From an uncultured virus (IMG/VR IMGVR_UViG_3300035696_000033) (Duplodnaviria; Heunggongvirae; Uroviricota; Caudoviricetes), in the IMG/VR virus record IMGVR_UViG_3300035696_000033: 20,000 nucleotides of DNA; one strand, 5' to 3'. Of the stretch, positions 7,650 through 13,567 are shown one piece after another. Made by a program: the position numbers and the translations under genes. The notes beneath the pieces were generated by a model, which did not search any database, was not told the origin of the DNA, and saw only the letters and a list, made by a program, of their open reading frames with translations. Positions within the stretch are counted from its first letter, which is position 1; each line of letters starts with the position of its first letter.

Positions 7650-10600
7650 TTAATTCCGGCGCAAGAATCGTTGACGCCACAGCGGAAGATCGCCGGTAAT
7701 TGCGGAGTGCGGAGCGCGGAGTGCGGAGTGCGCGGGGACGCTCGCCCCACCCTTGACCGACAGGCTGGTCCATTGGAGGAATGCCCTGCCCAGCCCGGCG
7801 CGCAGGCGGGGCCAGCCCTGTTCCAGCTCGTGCTCATCCAGTGTCTTGACGTTCTTGAACTCGCGCTCGGCGATGTGCAGCAGTTCGGCGAGGTTCACCT
7901 CGGCGGGCGTCTCGCCCAGCAGATGACCGTCCAGCACCAACTCGGCGGCGTCCTTCTTCTCGTGGATGCCGCCCTCCAGCTTGCGGTCAATGGAGCCGTC
8001 GCAGATGACGGACCAGACGTTGACCGGCCACGGCGAGTTGATGCGGTGCGCCCGGTTGATGAACTGCTCGAACTTGTCGAACGCCCACGAATAGGCGGTG
8101 AGCAGGACGTTATTGCACAGGTTGAAGCTGTGCAGCTCGGCCATGCACTCCTGACCGGCCAGCAGCACCGGGAACGCGGAGTGCGAAGCGGGAACAAGAC
8201 CTTCGTCCACGGCGCGCGGCGGCCCCTGCTTGAATTGCCGGGCGAGTTCGCCCCGGCGCTTCTGGGAGACGCGGCCGTCCAGGACCAGATGCGGCACACC
8301 GGCCTCCTTGAGGCGGGCGCTGAAGACGTCGAGGCCGTTCTGGAACGCGCTGCCGATGATGACCTGCTCGCGCCGCTCCAGTGCCTGCCGGACGAGTTCC
8401 AGCGCGCTGGCCACCTTGGGGATGTAGGTGAACTTGCTGCGGGGACTGCCGCCGGTGACATCGTGTTCGGGGCGCACCAGCAGTTCGCTGGCGGGGTTGG
8501 CGGCGGCGATGCGCAGCGCCTGCAGCTTCGCGCCGATGGCCGGCCGCATATTGCAGTCCAGATACTTCGCCTTCAAGTGGAACTGATACGCGGCGGCCTG
8601 ATACAGGCCCATCGGCACGCGGACGACGTGGCGGATCTTCGGGACGATCTCCTCGCCGCAATCCTCCTTGCGCCGGCGGAGGATGATTGGGGCGAGCAGT
8701 TTCCATGCGCGATGGACGTTGCAGACCTGCGGGGTGAACTTGACGAACCGGCGGTGCGTGCCGCACGGGCCATCTTTGGCCAGCTCTTCTTTGGTTAAAT
8801 TCCGTTCGCTTACCAAAAACTCCTCGGCGAAGGTTTGCTTGTCGAGCCTGGCATACGGGAAGCGCGGCGTGGGCTCCTCGTGGCCGCCACAGACGTAGTG
8901 CGCCAGATGGAACACATCCGGGAAGCGGTTCTTGATGGGGGTGGCCGTCAGCACCAGGCGGTAGGGGGCGTTGATCTGGCGGACGCCCGTGCCGACGATG
9001 GTGTTGTCGCCCTTGATCCGGGTGCCTTCATCAATGACGCAGACCTCAAAGCAATCCTGGCACAAGTCGGCCAGCGACGGGGAATAGACGCACTTGATGT
9101 TTTGTGTTGCCCCCACAACCCGGCCATCTACCCCGGCGGGGGAGAAGGTGTCCGAAGGACGGTTGAGGGGGCGCGTCTCACCGATGCCGGTGGAAAACTC
9201 ACGGTGCTTGCAGATGGCCAGCTCGGAGCGGATGAACTGCTGCTGCTGTTCGGACAACGCCTCCCACTGATGAATTGCGGATTGCGGATTGCGGATTGCG
9301 GATTGAATCCCGGCGGCATTGAACCGTTTATTGATTGCGGAGTGTGGAGTGCGGAGCGCGGATTCATCCTTGCGTCCGGCGCCGGGTTTGCCGGTGGGGG
9401 TCAGTTGTTCGAGGACGCGGAACGACTCGCGGGCGAGGTCCACGACGACCTTGTCGGCGGTGCGCCGGATGATCTCATAGGCGGCTTGAATTTCTTTCAG
9501 CGTGGCGTCGGGCGTAATTACCAAATGTCCGCCATCACCCCAGCCCGAAAGCCGCGCGTAATGCTGGCCGTAGATATTGCCGCGATTGTTCCACCAGTCC
9601 ACGGCATCCTGCTCCTTCAAGTTGAGCTGCGACAGGGTGCGCTCCGGGTGGAGGCGGTCGAGCGGCGGGAACTCCGCGACGCCGTTGCCGGTGAGCTGGG
9701 TGTAGTTGGTGAGATAATAGTTGGGCGGCAGGCTCATGCGGCCCGTGCGCGGATCGGGTTTGGCGAGGCGGCAGAACACCGACTGGCTGTCGATCCGGAC
9801 GATTGGGATTGCGGATTGCGGATTGCGGATTGCGGAGTTCCCGAAGTGGCGGCGGTATTCATCCTCGGTCTGGTCGTGGCCATCCCCCGGCACGACGAGC
9901 AGGACGGGCCGGGCGGGTTTAACCCCGCACTCCGCACCCTCCATTCCGCACTTGAGGAGCGGCCAGATGAACAGGGCGATGGTCTTGCCCAGCCCGGTGT
10001 CGTGGCCGAGGATGATGCCGTCGTGCATGGCCGCGCGGGCATAATCATCCAACTGAAATTCCTTGAATGCAAAACCGGATCGCGACGCCCGCGCGCCCTC
10101 ACCCCGGCCCTCTCCCGCTCCCGCGAGAGAGGGGGAAAGAAGCCGGGCGATGTCGCGCATGGTCTGGCGGTGCTTCTCGAATTGTTTGGGATTCAGCGCG
10201 GCGACATCCGGGACTTCGGGGATGACGAACGAGTCCGCCAGTTGCTTGAGGGTGAAGTCAATCACACACTCGTCCTCGATGTCCTTTTCCTTGCGGCCGG
10301 TGGTGCCGGGTTTGATGAGGTTGACCTTCACGTTGTCGGCGCGCAGGCGCTCCTCCATGAAGCAGCGTTCCACGCCGCCGTCGTCGGTGATGAAGAAGGC
10401 CAGCTCCTGCCCGTTCCACTCCACGTCGTCCAGCAGGCCGATGGTGTTCATCTTGGTGCCGGTGCGCTTGACGGCCACGGTGGTGGAGCGGATGGGGTAT
10501 TTTCCGCCCCGGCGGAAAACAGTTTCGGATTTCAAATCCGCAACCGGCAATCGCAAATCGGCAATGCAGGTGATGTCGTCCTGTTCGTCGAGGTAGCCGA

Positions 10601-11819
10601 GGCGCTGGATTTTGGGGAGCGGATAGAGCGGCGCGCGGACGTGGTTGTATTCCGCGATGGCCGTCTCGACGGCGCGCATCAGCGCTGGATCCACGCGCCA
10701 GGGTCCTTGCGGACGGCCACCAACCCCCACCGCATTCTCCAGCGCGCGGCGGGTGTTGCGCTGGACCACCAGTTGAATGGGCTGGCGGCCATTGAGGGCA
10801 TGGAGCGACGCGGCGGCGGACTTGTCCACGCGGCCGCTGGCGGTGTCGAACGTGTTCAGGTGGGTGCGGATGACGCCGCGTTCGGTGTCGAACCAGATGT
10901 TGAAGGGCGGCGCCTCGGACAGGCCCTGCTCGCGCTCGTGTTCCTCCCTGGCGGCCCGCCACAGTTCCACGCTGTCGGTGGTCTGCAAATACCGGGCGGC
11001 TTCGGGGCCGTCGCGCAGGGTGTAACGGTTGCGCTTCGCGTCGCGGAGGGAATCTTCAACATCCATTGGGGTTCCAACATCGAACATTTTGGTGAGCTGC
11101 GGGCCGCGATCGTGGCCGCGCGCAAAGTAGATGACGCCGGTGTGGAAGTTTCCGGTTTCCGGCTGGCAGATGTTGCCGGGGATGATGAGGCGCGCCCAGA
11201 TGTGCGCGGCCAGCGCGCGGTGCGGCGCGTTGTCCGCAAAGATGAGCCGTTCCAGGGTTGCATTGTTGGCGATGAGAAAGCCGTCGGTGTAACTGCTGGA
11301 GCGGTCGAGCGCGATGCAGAGCGTGGCGATGGTGGAATCAATGCACTCGCGCGGCGTGCGGCCGTCGTGCGCCGCAAACGCCTCGCGCACGGCGGGGCAT
11401 TCCGAGCCGGCCAGCGCCGACAGGCGATCACGATACCAGTGCAAATCCCACGGCGGGTTCAGCACGAAGCAATCGCACTTCCAGTTTACGGCGCGCAGCT
11501 TGGCGTGGAACCGGGTCACGTCCGCCGTGACGAAGTGAGGAGTGCGGAGTGCGGAGTGCGGAAAAGGTTCGAGGTCGCAGCCGAGCAGGGTTGAGAATTT
11601 CTTGTCGCCGTCCACCTGCGAGCTTCTGGCGCCCCAGAGGAGCGAGCCGTTGCCGCAGGCGAGGTCGGCGATGACGGGGCGGTAATCGTTGAGCGGCAGG
11701 GACAGGATGCGCGCCCATTCGGCTGGCGTGAACCATTGCGCCTGCCCCTTGTCGGCGGCGTTGCTGGCGGAATCGAACAGGGTTTGAACGGCGGTGGGGG
11801 AGATGGAGGATTTGAGCAT
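7650..11819 (-). CDS. N6-adenine-MTase-like domain fused to SNF2-family helicase/ATPase
   Basis: The N-terminus has QWFTP (motif X), DLACGNG (SAM-binding motif I) and NPPW (motif IV). The C-terminal part has GHDTGLGKT (Walker A), VLLVVP (Ia), IDEGTRIK (II), LTATPIKN (III), LRRRKED, and QFINRAHRI (VI). Confidence 0.85.
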   Translation of the reverse strand: MLKSSISPTAVQTLFDSASNAADKGQAQWFTPAEWARILSLPLNDYRPVIADLACGNGSLLWGARSSQVDGDKKFSTLLGCDLEPFPHSALRTPHFVTADVTRFHAKLRAVNWKCDCFVLNPPWDLHWYRDRLSALAGSECPAVREAFAAHDGRTPRECIDSTIATLCIALDRSSSYTDGFLIANNATLERLIFADNAPHRALAAHIWARLIIPGNICQPETGNFHTGVIYFARGHDRGPQLTKMFDVGTPMDVEDSLRDAKRNRYTLRDGPEAARYLQTTDSVELWRAAREEHEREQGLSEAPPFNIWFDTERGVIRTHLNTFDTASGRVDKSAAASLHALNGRQPIQLVVQRNTRRALENAVGVGGRPQGPWRVDPALMRAVETAIAEYNHVRAPLYPLPKIQRLGYLDEQDDITCIADLRLPVADLKSETVFRRGGKYPIRSTTVAVKRTGTKMNTIGLLDDVEWNGQELAFFITDDGGVERCFMEERLRADNVKVNLIKPGTTGRKEKDIEDECVIDFTLKQLADSFVIPEVPDVAALNPKQFEKHRQTMRDIARLLSPSLAGAGEGRGEGARASRSGFAFKEFQLDDYARAAMHDGIILGHDTGLGKTIALFIWPLLKCGMEGAECGVKPARPVLLVVPGDGHDQTEDEYRRHFGNSAIRNPQSAIPIVRIDSQSVFCRLAKPDPRTGRMSLPPNYYLTNYTQLTGNGVAEFPPLDRLHPERTLSQLNLKEQDAVDWWNNRGNIYGQHYARLSGWGDGGHLVITPDATLKEIQAAYEIIRRTADKVVVDLARESFRVLEQLTPTGKPGAGRKDESALRTPHSAINKRFNAAGIQSAIRNPQSAIHQWEALSEQQQQFIRSELAICKHREFSTGIGETRPLNRPSDTFSPAGVDGRVVGATQNIKCVYSPSLADLCQDCFEVCVIDEGTRIKGDNTIVGTGVRQINAPYRLVLTATPIKNRFPDVFHLAHYVCGGHEEPTPRFPYARLDKQTFAEEFLVSERNLTKEELAKDGPCGTHRRFVKFTPQVCNVHRAWKLLAPIILRRRKEDCGEEIVPKIRHVVRVPMGLYQAAAYQFHLKAKYLDCNMRPAIGAKLQALRIAAANPASELLVRPEHDVTGGSPRSKFTYIPKVASALELVRQALERREQVIIGSAFQNGLDVFSARLKEAGVPHLVLDGRVSQKRRGELARQFKQGPPRAVDEGLVPASHSAFPVLLAGQECMAELHSFNLCNNVLLTAYSWAFDKFEQFINRAHRINSPWPVNVWSVICDGSIDRKLEGGIHEKKDAAELVLDGHLLGETPAEVNLAELLHIAEREFKNVKTLDEHELEQGWPRLRAGLGRAFLQWTSLSVKGGASVPAHSALRAPHSAITGDLPLWRQRFLRRN
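7698..7751. repeat. In-frame heptamer array (5 units) fused to a REP-like half palindrome
   Basis: AATTGCG-GAGTGCG-GAGCGCG-GAGTGCG-GAGTGCG followed by CGGGGACGCTCGCCCCACC. It encodes GGASVPAHSALRAPHSAI at the helicase C-terminus. Confidence 0.85.
9126..9170. repeat. REP-like double-hairpin element, in frame
   Basis: The minus strand reads CCCCTCAACCGTCCTTCGGACACCTTCTCCCCCGCCGGGGTAGAT, with a GTCC/GGAC stem and an imperfect second stem. It encodes PLNRPSDTFSPAGVD. Confidence 0.6.
9273..9364. repeat. Two adjacent in-frame heptamer arrays
   Basis: AATTGCG(GATTGCG)3GATTG at 9273-9305 and GATTGCG-GAGTGTG-GAGTGCG-GAGCGCG-GATT at 9333-9364. They encode QSAIRNPQSAI and ESALRTPHSAI. Confidence 0.9.
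9807..9838. repeat. In-frame (GATTGCG)4 array
   Basis: Four perfect copies at 9807-9834, encoding NSAIRNPQSAI. Confidence 0.9.
9922..9953. repeat. Degenerate heptamer array, opposite orientation
   Basis: The minus strand reads AAGTGCG-GAATGGA-GGGTGCG-GAGTGCG, encoding KCGMEGAECG between the Walker A helix and motif Ia. Confidence 0.7.
10096..10133. repeat. REP-like palindromic element copy 1 (CCTCACCCCGGCCCTCTCCC...GAGAGGG), in frame
   Basis: 20 bp (10097-10116) are identical to 19830-19849, with a CCCTCTC/GAGAGGG stem. It encodes PSLAGAGEGRGEG. Confidence 0.85.
10533..10565. repeat. Degenerate heptamer array, opposite orientation
   Basis: CAAATCCG-CAACCGG-CAATCGC-AAATCGG-CAAT, encoding IADLRLPVADL. 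Confidence 0.65.
11533..11563. repeat. In-frame (GAGTGCG)3 array
   Basis: AAGTGAG(GAGTGCG)3GAA, encoding FPHSALRTPHF inside the MTase-like domain just after the GCDLE strand. Confidence 0.85.
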
Positions 11820-11876
11820 AGATTGAACAGGTTTGAGCGGACTCGTCCGCTGCTACGGAATGAAACGGATTCGGAT

Positions 11877-12269
11877 TTATTTTTGACGGCGCAGTTCTTC
11901 GGAGCGAGCCTGGCCGCCGCCACCCGGTTCGAAGCAGCAGACGTTGGTGGGAACGTCCTGTTGCAGGACCCCGCTAATGGTGAACGCCTGCGTCCAGATC
12001 ATGCGCCGATGGCTCCAGTCCAGTTCAATGGCGATGGCGTGGAACGCAAGATGGCGGTTGTGTGGCAGCATCTGACTGACAATGTCGCGCCACGCGCGAA
12101 ACAATTCCGGCGGGGCCGACGGGTAGCTTATGAGGTTGGAGAGGTTGACGCTGGTGATGAGCGCGTGGGTGTCGGTGCTGGTCAGCCCGCCGAGTGAGCG
12201 CGGACCGAGGTTGATCTTGAGCCATGTGAGGATTTCTTTTGGGGATTTCATAAAAATTTCGACAATCAT
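11877..12269 (-). CDS. Hypothetical protein (130 aa)
   Basis: The ATG at 12269 overlaps the upstream stop (ATGA); an alternative start is at 12251. The longer ORF-track version overlaps two real genes. Confidence 0.7.
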   Translation of the reverse strand: MIVEIFMKSPKEILTWLKINLGPRSLGGLTSTDTHALITSVNLSNLISYPSAPPELFRAWRDIVSQMLPHNRHLAFHAIAIELDWSHRRMIWTQAFTISGVLQQDVPTNVCCFEPGGGGQARSEELRRQK

Positions 12270-12454
12270 TTTTGTTTGGTCAAACGGGAGATCAGGGTGG
12301 CGAGGGCGCCGCTCCGATGCCATCCATTGCAATGTTTGCAGTGATAGGTGGACTGGCCTTTTTGATAGGCCTCGGCCTCGGTGTTGTAGCGGCGCTTGCG
12401 CTGGCAGCTTTTCCAGAGCTGAAAGTCGCGCGCGCCCTTGTTGCGCTTGCTCAT
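12266..12454 (-). CDS. Small basic Zn-finger-like phage protein
   Basis: 62 aa with C-x2-K-x-RY-x-T...Y-x-C-x2-C-x-GWH, a pattern common in small phage ORFs. It starts 3 nt after the MTase stop. Confidence 0.75.
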   Translation of the reverse strand: MSKRNKGARDFQLWKSCQRKRRYNTEAEAYQKGQSTYHCKHCNGWHRSGALATLISRLTKQK

Positions 12455-12457
12455 AAA

Positions 12458-13567
12458 TCAAAGGAGTTGTTCTTCCGGCCGCAAGCAGTGGGGTGAAAAC
12501 CAGATACGCTCGCGACCGGCATTGCTGCGGCCGGTGCCGTGCGACTGGTTGCCGTAGCCGCCGTTGGCCTTCCACGGGACGCAGATCCACGCGCGCGGCA
12601 TCTTGTGTTCGCCCTCATACCCGCACAGGGCGATGCGGAGCCTGGGATTCGCGCCGTTAGCCAGCGCCCACCGCGCAACGTCAGCACCCACTTCAAGGCT
12701 GTCGTGGTTGTAGATAGATGGATCGCGCTGCGCGCCGGCGGAGTATGGCGGGTCGAGAAACACGGCGGTCACACCAATGCAGCTGGTTGGACTTGGGCCA
12801 AGGATGCGCTGCCAGTCGCCACAGCAAACGCGGGCGCGACGCAGCCGGTCGCTCAAGGCCATCATGTATTCCAACAGATTTTTGCTGACGGCCCGTGAAA
12901 GCACCCCGCGGCCACTGCCGCTGCCGCTGCCGGAGAGCTGCGGCAATTGACCGCGAAGGGCGTGGACACCATTGCTTCCGGTCAGGAACGGTCGCGTTTG
13001 CCACTGGCCCATGCGGGAAATGCCGCGTCCACCGCGCTCCAATGATGGACGCTTCTTCCAATTATTGCTGGCAGAAATGTCCCGGGTCCGGGTTAAATTG
13101 GGGCGTTGGTTGTAGGCGTCTGTTTGGATGCCGCGCGATGTCCGGGGCAGGAAGCGCCCCATCCATTCCGGGCGCGAACACCAGCCGGAGCCGATCCACT
13201 GGCTGATTCCCCACACCCACCAGCCGGCTATCCGGGCATCGAAGTAATCTGGATCCCGCATCATGCGCGCGCGGAAATCCGCCTGCTCCACGAGCCAGAG
13301 ATGACGGGCGTGCAAGTCGGCCTCATTCACCGGCCAGTCGGCGTGGCGGGCGACCTGTTCCGGATCTTGCCGGGTGGCGCGCCAGAAGTTGGCGACATAA
13401 CAATCCTTGTCGTTGATGGTTTCGGTGCGCGGCGGATGCGGGCGCGCCAGCAACACCGCGCCGCTGCCGAAGAAAGGTTCGACATAGTTCGGCACGTTGC
13501 CGAAGCGTTGCCAGACCATGTGGGCGCACCGGCTCTTGCCGCCGAACCAGGGGAAGGGGGCTTTCAT
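12458..13567 (-). CDS. D12-class (Dam-like) N6-adenine DNA methyltransferase
   Basis: 369 aa from the ATG at 13567 (ATGA overlap). Motifs PFPWFGGKS, YVEPFFGSGAV, ETINDKD and VFLDPPY are present. Target specificity cannot be inferred. Confidence 0.92.
   Translation of the reverse strand: MKAPFPWFGGKSRCAHMVWQRFGNVPNYVEPFFGSGAVLLARPHPPRTETINDKDCYVANFWRATRQDPEQVARHADWPVNEADLHARHLWLVEQADFRARMMRDPDYFDARIAGWWVWGISQWIGSGWCSRPEWMGRFLPRTSRGIQTDAYNQRPNLTRTRDISASNNWKKRPSLERGGRGISRMGQWQTRPFLTGSNGVHALRGQLPQLSGSGSGSGRGVLSRAVSKNLLEYMMALSDRLRRARVCCGDWQRILGPSPTSCIGVTAVFLDPPYSAGAQRDPSIYNHDSLEVGADVARWALANGANPRLRIALCGYEGEHKMPRAWICVPWKANGGYGNQSHGTGRSNAGRERIWFSPHCLRPEEQLL

Noticed and set aside
9060..9800. Intein in the helicase insertion between motifs Ia and II
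   Set aside because: No C/S-start with HN-C/S/T end and no LAGLIDADG motifs were recognised.
8835..11594. 919-aa + strand ORF (and 7671-8798)
   Set aside because: It is the antisense shadow of the motif-rich helicase gene. Long stop-free antisense frames are expected with high GC3, and it has no recognisable motifs.
12452..12460. Stop read-through fusing the N6 MTase to the Zn-finger ORF (TGA TTT ATG in frame)
   Set aside because: In-frame adjacency has a one-in-three chance, and other genes here end normally at TGA, so there is no sign of recoding.
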